Below are positions 50,070 to 62,519 of a stretch of DNA of 64,000 nt, piece by piece. The stretch lies in contig NC_043005.1 in NCBI RefSeq assembly GCF_006345805.1, positions 63,364,001 to 63,428,000 on the forward strand, in the 5' to 3' direction. A program made the translations under genes and the position numbers. The notes under the pieces are model-generated. The model saw only the letters and a list, made by a program, of their open reading frames with translations, was not told where the DNA came from and searched no databases. The first letter of the stretch is position 1, and every line of letters begins with the position of its first letter. This DNA comes from Octopus sinensis. Its lineage: Eukaryota.

Positions 50070-50600
50070 ATATTCTTTTCTACTCTAGCCACAAAGCCCG
50101 AAATTTTTGGAGGAGAAGTCCAGTCGATTAGATCGACCCTAGTACACAACTGGGACTTAATTAACTGACCCCAGAAGGATGAAAGGTAAAGTCAACCTCA
50201 GTGGAATTTGAATTCAGAACATAAAGACAGAAGAAAAGAAATGTAATATATTCTTTTCTACACTAATAATAAGGCCTGAAAATTTTCAGGGAGGGGCCCA
50301 GTCGATTAGATTGACCCCAGTATGCAAATGGTGCTTAATTTATTGACTCCGAAAGGATGAAAATCAACCTTGATGGAATTTGAACTCAGAACATAAAGAC
50401 AGATGAAAAGAAATATAATAAATTCTTTTGTACTCTTGGCACAAGGACCGAAATTTTGGTGGGAGGGGCCCAGTCGATTAGATCGACCCCAGTATACAAC
50501 TGGTACTTAATTTATCGACCCAAATGGATGAAAGGCAAAGTCGACCTCAGCAGAATTTGAACTCAGAACATAAAGACAGACGAAATACTGCTAAGCATTT
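50070..50600 (-). mobile_element. Head-to-tail trimer of SINE family B units (~175 bp each)
   Basis: Three diverged copies of ttcttt...cagtcgattagatcgacccc...ggatgaaagg...gaatttgaactcagaacataaagacaga. Confidence 0.85.
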
Positions 50601-51229
50601 AATGGGTGATTACATGTGAATACTTATGGTTTGTTTGCTTCCTTATTGTGAGAATTTTTCCATCATCAAAGACTGGTATTTCTTTTGCCTTGATTATGGT
50701 AAGATTGATCAAGATTTTGAGGCATTTTTGTTTCCAGCAGAATATTTTCGTTTTTTTGCAGTTTGCCCTCTTGTCTACTTGAGTCCATAACTATTGAACA
50801 GATACGTCTTGGAATATTAAATTAGATGGTTCTTTTACTATAGGATAGATGGCAAGATCTAAAAATGGTATATGTTTGTGTTCTTGTTGTAAAGATGGAT
50901 TCTAATAGTCATATTTTCTCTTAATTGCCAAAATGACTGAAAAAAAAAAAGAAAGTTATCTTTCATTTGCTTCGAGTGTGAAAGGCACAGAACCATGAAT
51001 GCTATCTATTAATTTGATAAATCATTTAAAGTTTTCCTCGTTTGTTCCAAAATATAAATGTCATTCAGGAATCTTTGCCAGTTTTCATTCAAGCAGAATT
51101 GAAACTGCAGATCAAAAATAATCCCAGATTAGGTATAAATATTTTTTCTCCAGGGGAAGGTAATATTAGTTATCACAGAAGATGTAGTTTTTCTCTAGGA
51201 TAAATTCTTTTGACTATCACTTTTGAAAT

Positions 51230-51250
51230 ACACACACACATGTGTGTATA

Positions 51251-51296
<46 letters not shown>

Positions 51297-52078
51297 CCAT
51301 GCTAGCATGGAAAGCGGACGCTAAATGATGATGATGATGATGATGATATATATACACACATACATATATGTATACATATACATATGTATATATATATATA
51401 TACACATATATATATATATAATATATATATATATACACACACACACACATACATATATTTATGTATACATTTGCATATGTATATATATTATACACATATA
51501 TATATATATACATATATACATATGTATATATATACACATATATACATATGTATATATATACACATATATACACATACATATATATACACATATATACATA
51601 TACATATATATACACATATATACATATACATATATATATACACATATATATATATACACATATATATATACACATATATACATATGTATATATATACACA
51701 TATATACATAGTATATATATATACACATATATACATATGTATATATATATATACACGTATATACATATGTATATATATATACACATATATACATATGTTA
51801 TATATATATATATATATAATATACATATGTATATATATATACTATATATATATACATATATACATATGTATATATATATATATACATATATACATATGTA
51901 TATATATAATATATATATATATACACATATTACATATGTATATATATATATATATACATATATACATATGTATAATATATATATATATATAATATACACA
52001 CATATATACATATGTATATATATATATATATACATATATATACATATGTATATATGTGTATATATATATGTATATATG

Positions 52079-52109
<31 letters not shown>

Positions 52110-52664
52110 TATATATATATATACATATATACATATGTTATATATATATATACATATATATATATATACACATATTACATATGTATATATATATATATTA
52201 TATATATATACACATATACATATGTATATATATATATAATATATATATATATATATTACACATATATACATATGATATATATATATATAGATATATATAT
52301 ATATACACATATATATATATACACATATATACATATTATATATATATATACACGTATATACATATGTATATATATATACATATATACATATACATATATA
52401 TACACATATATACATATACATATATATATACACATATATACATATACATATATATATCACATATATACATATACATATATATATACACATATATACATAT
52501 GTATATATATACACATATATACATATGTATATATATATCACATATATACATATGTATATATATATATACACATATATACATATATATATATATACATATA
52601 TATACATATGTATATATATATATATATACATATATATACATATGTATATAATATATATATATAT

Positions 52665-52697
<33 letters not shown>

Positions 52698-52809
52698 TAT
52701 AACATATGTATATATATATATATACATATATACATATGTATATATAATATATATATATACACACATATATACATATGTATATATATATATATATACATAT
52801 ATACATATG

Positions 52810-52850
<41 letters not shown>

Positions 52851-52940
52851 TACATATGTATATATATATACACATATACATATATATATATATATATATA
52901 ATATATATATATATAATATATATATATATACACACATATG

Positions 52941-52990
<50 letters not shown>

Positions 52991-52991
52991 G

Positions 52992-53022
<31 letters not shown>

Positions 53023-53080
53023 AGCATATATACATATATATATATACATTCACACATATATATATATATATGTATGTATG
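51230..53080. repeat. ~1.85-kb compound (TA)n array with a recurring catatatacatatgta motif; RTE tail remnant at 51296-51347
   Basis: Direct inspection; source of all the long Y/I/H/T ORFs. Confidence 0.97.
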
Positions 53081-53779
53081 TGTAATTAATGAGACAGACC
53101 AAAGATGGAAAGTACAAGAATCTTCAAAGACCACTACAATCATTTTGACCCATCTAGCATCGATCACTGATGAGGAGTGGTATTTCTTGTATCTTCCCTC
53201 TCTCTCATTAATTACATAACCAACGAACACTATGCCAGTGAATGTGCTTTACTGGCAAATGACCAGGTGTATACCATAGGAATTATTAACTACTATATAT
53301 ATATATATGTAAATGCCAAATGACGAAATGAACACTCAACACTGCATTGGTGGATATATTTCTTTATTTGTGTATTAAGGCTACCATTGGTTTTCATGTT
53401 AAGAAAAATAGGAAAATATCCAAGTGGCTTAACAATTTTTCAAGCCAATCACATAGAGCAAGGTGTTTGCCACCATTTTGGAAAACAATCTCACTTTGTT
53501 CACGGGATTTCTCGTGACTTCACATAAATGAAACAAAGAATCGATGAATCAAGGGACATTATCTTGAGTGGCATCTTTTGGATATTTGTCTCCCTTGGAT
53601 TTGTCTTTGGGTAAATTCTTTTGTGATTAATTTGTATGCATTATTTGTTTTTGTTCTGGGCATGGTGTTCTTGTACTTGTATGTTGAGGTAGTTCGTCAT
53701 TGGGGAATATTTCTTCTTTGTGTGAAGTTTGTGTGTTATGTGTGTTCATATTTAGGAAAGGGGCTATCTTGGTAGGGTT

Positions 53780-54465
53780 ACCCTCTTTTTTAGGGGCTCT
53801 TCTTTGAAATATTTGGGTGTAAAATATTGCTTGTGTTTGCAGGGAGAGAAGGGTTCATCCCTAATGTTTAAGATGTTGGGTGCATAATGTTTAATTTTTC
53901 AGTAAAACAGAGTTCACATTTGGTACCCTGTCCTCTGTATTTTTTGGCTTTAGCAATAATTTTCCATTCTATTTGGCGGTTGCTTATTCAACCTTCTTTC
54001 AATGTCCATATCATATTTGATAGGGATGTTGCATGGTTTTTTGTTTTTGTCTCTGAATGACACAAGATGTGTATACCTTTACTTGAACAAGTTACCTGTC
54101 ATTCCGATATACATCTTTACTATTCCGTGATCTTGGCCTTGTATATGAGTTCTTTCTTGAGATAGTTATTGTTTAGAGGGGGCAATGGTTTGGCAATCTA
54201 CAGTTGCATTGTCTTTTTGTGGTGTTTCTGGTGTGTTTATATTTATTGTAATTGAGTATTATTGACCCTATATTGGGGAGGCCACTATAGCTAACTTTAA
54301 CAGTATTGCAGTTGAAGATCTTGTGGTATTTGTGTGAATGTGGAAAGTGGTTGTCTATTAGTTTTGAGAATTTCCTAGCTATGTTAGTAGCTACATTCAT
54401 GTTAGAAGGTGGGTTGAACCATAAGATTTTCCTCTGTATCTTCTTGGTCCATTTATATTTGGTTC
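53780..54465 (-). mobile_element. Penelope-like element C-terminal half with GIY-YIG endonuclease
   Basis: NVATNIARKFSKLIDNHFP...KIFNCNTVKVSYSGLPNI...CNCR...CPL, ELIYKAKIT...MYIGMT, IEWKIIAKA...CELCFTEKL...LNIRDE; a few stops. Confidence 0.9.
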
Positions 54466-54919
54466 AATGTAGTGTATGCTATTCTTGAAGTTATATGTGT
54501 GTGTATGTGTGTGTGTACACATACATATATACATACATATACTTAAATCTCTGTATATAATGGGATTGAGGATGATGTATATTACCCACCCTTTCACTCA
54601 AATTTTAACACACAGTTCATTGTTCTTTTGGTAAAAGTTTTTGTGTATATACATATAGGGCTGTAAATGATTTCTGTTTTGGTTGAGATGTAGAGAGAAA
54701 GCTGTAAAAAGAGTTATGATTAGAATGAATCACAAAAGGAGAATGAATGTAAAATTTTCTATCACTCACAGGGAATTTTGTGATTTCTCCTTCATCAAAG
54801 CAGCTTTGCATCTTTTGTATTTTAACCTTTCAGCACCAAACATAAAGCTGCCTCCTCTCCTCCACAGCACAACTTAATTAATGGGGATCTTAGTCTTGTA
54901 AGCTATAGTGTAACTTCAT

Positions 54920-55135
54920 TAGTGCTGGTGCCATGGAAAAAGCACTCAATACTCTGTAGAATGGTTAGCATTACGAAGGTATTCAGCCAGATAAAACATA
55001 CCAAAAGAAACATTGGAGCATGATGTAGTGTTCTAACCCATTAGATTGCTGTCAAACCACCCAACCTATGCCAGCATAGAAGACAGATATTGAAATCTGC
55101 TGATGGTGAGATGATTATAATGATGATGATGATAA
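54920..55135 (+). mobile_element. RTE 3' tail, degenerate
   Basis: aaaccacccaacctatgccagcatagaa...(gat)n. Confidence 0.65.
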
Positions 55136-55196
55136 TGTACATGTAAGTATATATGTGTGTGTGTATCTACACATACACACAAAGTTACATGTATCG

Positions 55197-55495
55197 GATA
55201 GCTGGCTTGGTGGTTAGGGTATTGCACTTATGATCTTGAGATCATGGTTTCAGTTCCTAGATCAGGTGGTGCATTGTGTTCTTGAGCAAAACTCTTCATC
55301 TCATGTTGCTCTGTGATAACTTTGACACTTGAAGAGTGATACACCATGTACCTGTTCAAGCAATGTCCATTTAATGGAGAGAGTGAACTAGTGTATAGCA
55401 CATACATTTGATACCTACAAACAAATCATTTGTGCAGGTCATTTAGCAAAAACTGAACGTTCATACATCGTCTTTGACAAGAGAGTTCATCACAT
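55197..55495 (+). mobile_element. tRNA-derived SINE, family C
   Basis: A box tggcttggtggtt, B box ggtttcagttcc, then tgtgttcttgagcaaaactcttcat. Confidence 0.55.
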
Positions 55496-55547
55496 ATGTG
55501 TGTGTATATATCAAACTATCTATATATATATATATTATATATATATA

Positions 55548-55587
<40 letters not shown>

Positions 55588-55589
55588 TA

Positions 55590-55762
55590 CTGCTTATTTC
55601 ATCTGTCTTTGTGTTCTGAGTTCAAATTCTGCTGAGGTCAACTTAACTTTTCATCTTTCGATGGTCAATAAATTAAGTACCAGTTGCATACCAGAGTCAA
55701 TCTAATTGACTGGACTTCTCTACAAAAATTTCGGGCCTTGTGCCTAGAGTAGAAAAGAATAT
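55590..55762 (+). mobile_element. SINE family B, 5'-truncated monomer
   Basis: Starts at tatttcatctgtc like the internal units of the multimers; tail gagtagaaaagaat. Confidence 0.8.
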
Positions 55763-55812
55763 ATATATATTCCTGCTCACGCATTCCATGTCACGTTTTA
55801 TATATGTATGTA

Positions 55813-55847
<35 letters not shown>

Positions 55848-56009
55848 CAAAACACATATATTTGTGTAAGTGTGTGTGTTCAATTTGTTGATGCTTTCTT
55901 ACACAGTATAGATATTTCTTTCTTTTTATTCATTTCAATGAAATTTTGCTCAATGAAAACTGAACACATTTTCCTTTATTAGCATTGCAATATCAAATAA
56001 AGTATTTTT

Positions 56010-56310
56010 TTCTTTCACCGCAGATTAGTGATTACCTCAGCAGGTGTTCCATAGCCTCTGGCTCTTTTACTGTTTTCCCACAATCACACATGTGATTGGA
56101 AAGTCCTGGCTCTCATTTAATGTGTGTCATTTTGTTCTACCAACTCTGGTTCCCCACTTTGCCAAGATTGTGTGTCCCTCTGGTGGTAGCTTTTTCACCT
56201 CCTATCATTTCCATTGTTGTTGAAGGTGAAACGCTATCGTTTCCATGTTCTTTCATCACTTGTAGTTTCAGCATCCAGAGTAGAAAATAATGAGGGAGTT
56301 TTTCTTTGTC
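56010..56310 (-). mobile_element. Ingi/Vingi-like LINE 3' fragment
   Basis: EKLPP.GH...RVGRTK...CDCGK...AMEHLL resembles the C-terminal zinc knuckle region. Confidence 0.5.
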
Positions 56311-57271
56311 TTCAAATGACTTTCTATTGTACTTTTATTTAATGCCTATCTAAGAATCCTATTCCATTGGCAGATGTAAGAGAAACTTCTCTTGGGACAG
56401 CATGCTGATTTACTATTGTATTTTTGCCCTCAAGAGCAAGTGAAATAAGCACTGCACATCAATATATCTTTCATGAAATTGTACAATATTACCACAATAC
56501 CAACCTATGATACCTATTAGAACTGGCTAGTCTCAGCCAGTGAATGTTAAATAACTTTACTGTGGACAACATACTTATTCAGTGTGTGTTTGTATACTTA
56601 TATATAATTATCTTCATGTATTTCTGTGAGTGTATATATTTGTATTTTCATTTGGATACACAAAGCTAAATTTACATGTAGTATGTGCTTCTGTGTGTTT
56701 GTTCATGTGCCCATGTATGTTTATGAGTACCAGTGTGTATGTATATGTGGGTATATGAAAAAGCACTCACTTGTCATTTGAATTAAGCATTCCCTTTTGT
56801 TATTCCCATGAACATCTATCACATCCATCTATCATTTGTGATTCCCATACAAACTCAAGTTAAAGCTAAGGCGAAATCGTGTCTTGAAATTGTAGAAAAC
56901 CAGAAAGCATTATAGTTCATATATTAAATGAATTCAATAGATTCTTACATCATATGCAGCACAAAAAATCAGAGGTGGTTGCTATGATATAATATAACTG
57001 AAAGAAAATGTCATAGCAGAGAGAATGTTCAAGTGCAACCATAGAAGAATCTGTCAAACAAAAATCATTCTTGATTTCTAACTACCAAAGTTGAATGCAG
57101 AGAATAAGAATAAGAATAGGAATCAGACCATTGAAGCCAGAGTAAAATTTGAATTTCAGATGAAAAATAATTTATAAATATTCATTATGTCTATATCTAT
57201 ATGCAATCACACTCTTTTGTTATACAACAGCAGTTTAAAAAAAGAATTTTCATATGTTGGTGTGTGTGCAC

Positions 57272-57304
<33 letters not shown>

Positions 57305-58065
57305 TATATATATACATACATATAAATATCTGTATGTATATACATATACACACATATATATATACGTACATATATATACACACACATACATATATATATG
57401 ATATATATACTTACAAATGCACACACACACACACAAACACACGTATATAGTGTATATATATATATAAACTATATATATATATATATGTATGCATGTATAT
57501 ATATATATATATACTTACAAATGCACACATACACACATATGTATTTTTTTTAAACCACTGTTGAACAGGCAAGGAAACTTGTAGATATTCCTTATTTTCT
57601 TTATGCTGTATATTTGAGATCTATTCTCAGATGTTTAATCCACATAAAGTCACAGTGACAACAGCACTATCGCGTGACTTTTAGGGGCCCCCTGCAACTT
57701 TTTATTTCAAGGATCCATATCCCGTCAATCAAAATTCGTAATCTACACACCTTTTATCCATAGCTATATTTTACTTTATTCTATCTGAAGAAAAAAGTGT
57801 ACACGAGATAAATGTACATGTAGTTTGTGCAAAAATGCCGGCTGGCTTGAAATAATGCCACAAAATGGGACGGTCGGACAAGTTGTTTTGAGAAAATTTA
57901 GTTTAAATGTTTGACAACTCAGCACCATCCATTGGACGGACGGATCATTTTGCTCCCGCAAAAAAATCTCAAATTTTATTTAATTTGATTTTCGCAGGAA
58001 GGAAAATTTCATTGAAGTCATGTATCACCTTGACCTTCGAAACGTGGAGTAGATGAAATTAAGGC

Positions 58066-58210
58066 GACTGAAGAAGGGGATTTTTCCTTGTTTTGTATGT
58101 CCTGTACTCTATTTTTTCGTTGTTTAAAAAAATGTCCATTTCCTTGGTTTTGTGTTTATGTTTTCGTCTCTCATTGTGTTCAACGTTTTTTTGGTGTCCT
58201 GTACTCATAT
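58066..58210 (+). mobile_element. Penelope-like terminal fragment (probable)
   Basis: gactgaagaaggggatttttcctt followed by a T-rich tract; lacks GAAA. Confidence 0.4.
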
Positions 58211-58517
58211 ATGCATGTATATATATACATGTAGAGGTAGGTACGTACATATATGTATGTATATATGCATATGTTTTATTTATTTTTAATTTATTATATG
58301 ACGGAACGCACGCATCCATTTCTAAGTAAGATTGTTCTTAATATATATATAGACATACACATGTAATCAATAGTGACAAAGGCAGTATTAATACCAAAAG
58401 AAAAGGCAATATTTATCCCACTTAAAAGTAGATGTGTTTGAACACAGAATACTACATTATTTACCATGAAAGAACCTCACATGCATATATATATGTGTAT
58501 GTGTGTATGTATGTATG

Positions 58518-58572
<55 letters not shown>

Positions 58573-58594
58573 TATATATATATGTGTGTGTGTG

Positions 58595-58630
<36 letters not shown>

Positions 58631-58631
58631 T

Positions 58632-59883
58632 CAGGGTGTCCCAAAAAAATATATATACACTTTAGCAGCTGATAACTCAACTGATGTTTTTTCTTTCCAG
58701 ATGAAACCCAGTAGAATTAATGATGGCAGATAGACTAAGATTTGAACAAAGGAAATCCAATCTAAAATTCTACTGAAAGTGTGAAAACACAGTTGAAGTA
58801 CAAAGACAGATTAGGAGGGAGTTTTGAACTGATCCACCAATGTGACTTACCATCACCAAAATTAGAGATTAGTTTGAAGCCGATGGAATTGTTCAGAATG
58901 TTCACAAGAAGCATTCCAGAAGACCATGAACTTCGACAACCCCTACCAACCAAGAAGGAGTGCTAGAAATGTACCACCAATGTCCAAGAAAATCTATTGA
59001 CAAGCAAGTTGTGAGGTAGGTATGTCAAAATCGTCTGTCCAATGTATTTTGAAGCATTATCAGTGGAAAAGTTACATTCCAAGATTAGTCTATGCTACTA
59101 ATGATTATGATCCAGACCAAAGAATGAAGTATTGTGAGTGGCAATGTGTAGAAGATGCACACTTTCCAACGAACATTGTGTGGAGTGATGAGGCCACATT
59201 CAAATTAAAGGGTTCAATTAACAGCCACAATTGCACCTACGATTGAGAATCGACATGTTATGATGGAACACAATGTTAATTTACCAGGAGTTACAGTGAG
59301 GTGTGGCTTATCATCAAGAGGGTTAATTGGACCATTCTTTTTTTATGCTACTGTGACTGGTCCCATTTATTTGAACTTGCTGCAACAGTCTGTCTTTCCA
59401 AGCATTAGAGAAGAAGTTGAAGGGGAGGAGTTTTGTTTTCAGCAAGATGGGGCACCTCCACACTACCATCACAATGTTGAATCCTTCCTTCATGAGATCT
59501 CACTAAACATGTGGATTGGACGAAGGGGTTTCGTTGAATACCCTCTACGTTCACCAGACCTAACACCAATAGACTATTTTATGGGGATACCTAAAAGACA
59601 AAGTCTACGCTGTGAAACCTGCAACAGTTGCTGATTTGAGAGCAGCCACTGAACGAGAATGCACACAAATACCAAACGTATTGTTTCGGGATGTTTGCAT
59701 TTCCATTGCTTCTTGTAGTCAACAATACCTGAACTAGAACGGACATCAGTTTGGAAACAGTTGTTGACAAAACAATAAAATAATGTCTGTAGATTCTATT
59801 AAATTTTGAAAACGAAATGTATTTTAATAAACACCTACTTTACAATTATCTAAAGTGTGTATACATATTTTTGGGACCCCCTG
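58632..59883 (+). mobile_element. Full-length DD41D (rosa/VS) Tc1/mariner element, transposase pseudogenised
   Basis: TIRs CAGGGTGTCCCAAAAA / TTTTTGGGACCCCCTG; ATG 58723 MADRLRFEQRK; WSDEATF; QQD-41 aa-D (GAPPH...RSPDLTPID); several stops and frameshifts. Confidence 0.93.
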
Positions 59884-60709
59884 TGTATATATATATATAT
59901 ATATACATACATACATATACAGATGTCTGTGGGTGGGTGTATGTTTGTGTGTAATTGTGATTGCAACTTGTTACTGAATATTTGCCAATCAGTTGAACAT
60001 GTTCTTTTTAAGAATGCAGCCTAAAATTTTATTTGTGGAGCTAAAACGAAGTTAGAAATTTTCAAAAATAATTCATGTCACTATGTCACTAAGAGTATGA
60101 TATGTATGCAGCCATACACATACACATTCATGCATACACACACACATATATAGGAGATATCTTATTAATAGCCTAAGATCGAGACTAGTTTTAAGTTTGA
60201 AAAAAAAGGAAAAATTAGCAAGCTAGAGAAATACTGATGCCAAATTAATAGAGCAGAAAAGTAAAAATATATATGATATATATGTATATAAATTGGCCAT
60301 GAATAGATCGTCTGAACAGCATCCAAGTAGGGCTTAATTTACTTGGCTTCAGTTATACATACAACCTATGATGAGGTTTTTGCAAAACAAAATATGGTTT
60401 GAGAGAGAGCAGTATATATGTATACATATATACATTCACACAAGCACACACATATATGTATATATATAAAAATTTCTATACACTTTGAGAGAATGTAAAA
60501 TAATTTTCTTTTAAAATGGTGGATCTCAAAGCAGAAAAAGCTATAATACTGTGTAAATATTGGGTTAAAAATCCTTTGGGTAGAAAAAGTTGAAGGCTGC
60601 ACAGAGGAAACATGATGTAACATCCCCTGTAAACATTACAAGGGGAGATGCAGGCTTGTGTCCCTTGGGTAGCTTTTGAAGTTTTCTATCCAAAGGGATT
60701 TTTAGCCCT

Positions 60710-61016
60710 ATACATACATACATACACATACATACATACATACATACATATATACATATGCATATATATGTAAATATACATACATATGCATATATACATA
60801 CATATATATATACATGCATATATATATACATATGCATATATATGTATATATACATACATATGCATATATATATATATATATACATACATATGCATATATA
60901 TATATACATATATATACACACATATACATACATACATATATATGCACACATATACATACATATATATGCACACATATACATACATACATATATATGCACA
61001 CATATACATACATACA

Positions 61017-61080
<64 letters not shown>

Positions 61081-61105
61081 TATATATATATATATATATG
61101 TATGT
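60710..61105. repeat. (TACA)n/(TA)n compound microsatellite
   Basis: Direct inspection. Confidence 0.95.
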
Positions 61106-61233
61106 ATTTAAATTAGAGAAGAACCACCATGTAGCAATTCAACAATGATATAATTAAATCATACCATATAGAAAAAATTAAATATATGATAAATCATTTA
61201 CCTAGAACTAAATAAATTGCAAAATAATAAATA

Positions 61234-61267
<34 letters not shown>

Positions 61268-61368
61268 GTAAGAACTTACTGTGAACAAGGCTGTGTGGCG
61301 TTCGATTATAAATAAAAAAAAAAAAATACACAGTAAGAACAGGACATAAACAAGGAATGAAAAATATG

Positions 61369-61726
61369 TAAACACATAATGGGAGACAATTAGGGGACAA
61401 AATACCAAAGGAAGTCTTACTCCTCCTCAGTTATCAAATGTTTATTACTCCCTATTTTGAGCTTTCAACAGGAAAACTTCAGACCTTAATGCTTGTCTTC
61501 ATCGATTGTTCACTCTGTAGATGCACGCTATTGCTGTTTGTTCATTCGAAGCCCTAACTCTCCACAAATTTTATATTTTTGAAATTTCTGGATGCTGCTG
61601 CCTTATGAAGTTTTCCTATCTTGCCATTGAAAGCTCGAAATAGGGAGTAATAAACAGTCGACAACTGAGGAGGAGTTAGACTTCTTTTAGTATTTTGTCC
61701 CATACTTATCTCTCATTGTGTGTTTA
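61369..61726. repeat. Long imperfect inverted repeat (~115-120-bp arms, ~125-bp spacer), probably Penelope-derived
   Basis: 61369-61481 is the reverse complement of 61606-61726 with scattered mismatches and a short indel. Confidence 0.85.
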
Positions 61727-61960
61727 TTTACTTTTCACTCGTTGTTGATTTCCTTTTTTTGCTAATTTTTTGGTATTTAGACCTGTACTTACCTCTCATG
61801 TATTTACAGGTTTTTCACTCATTGGTGATGTACTGTACTTAATATATATTTTTCAAAAAATTAATATATATAAAGAATATAAAGTTTTGAATGTTACAAC
61901 AATACACTATAATACAAACAGTGGGCTATATACCTGTTCTAATTTAGTCATCCATAGTCT

Positions 61961-61995
61961 GATGATATTTCGGAATAAAATTCCTTCTTCAGACA
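61961..61995 (-). ncRNA. Minimal hammerhead-like motif
   Basis: UGU-CUGAAGA-A-GGAA-UUUUA-UUCC-GAAA-UA-UC-AUC. Confidence 0.45.
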
Positions 61996-62519
61996 TTCTT
62001 GGACGGAGTCGCTACTATAATTGGTTTTCCAACAGCTTTTCTTTTAAATTTTTCTTTTACACACACACACACATTCATATATATATATATTTATATACAC
62101 ACACACACACACACACGTATATATAGCGTTTTGTCATGGTAGGATCAATAAAAAATAAGTACTCTATCTAGTGTGAGGTGAATATCTTAACATCCGCAAT
62201 TTAAATAGTTCCATACTGTAGAGATATAATAATTTGGCAGATTTATATAATGTGCCATGCTCAGTACTTACCATTAGACATATTTTTAAAAAAACCGAGA
62301 TGCTGGTCTATGAAAAAAATATCAGAAATAACAGGAAGTAAAACGTGAAGAAGGTTAATGCAAAAAGTGGAATTTGAAGAAATAAAAGGAAAGTAAGAAA
62401 ACCAAGACCTTCGTCCTGTTTGACAGTAGAAATCATAAGTAATCTAGAGCAATATAATGGAGATAAAGTCTAAGCTTGTGAGATGGCTACTCAATCCAGA
62501 GAGGGTATTTCAGCTATAC

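Noticed and set aside
51217-53230. Long ORFs (up to 396 aa) rich in Y/I/H/T/C
   Set aside because: Translations of (TA)n/(CA)n repeats; the same applies to ORFs at 2030-2606, 57187-57450 and 60565-61148.
58066-58105. CUGAAGA motif as a hammerhead; also 53167 CUGAUGA and ~14440-14490
   Set aside because: The first two lack the GAAA half of the core and the third lacks CUGANGA; not counted as ribozyme motifs.
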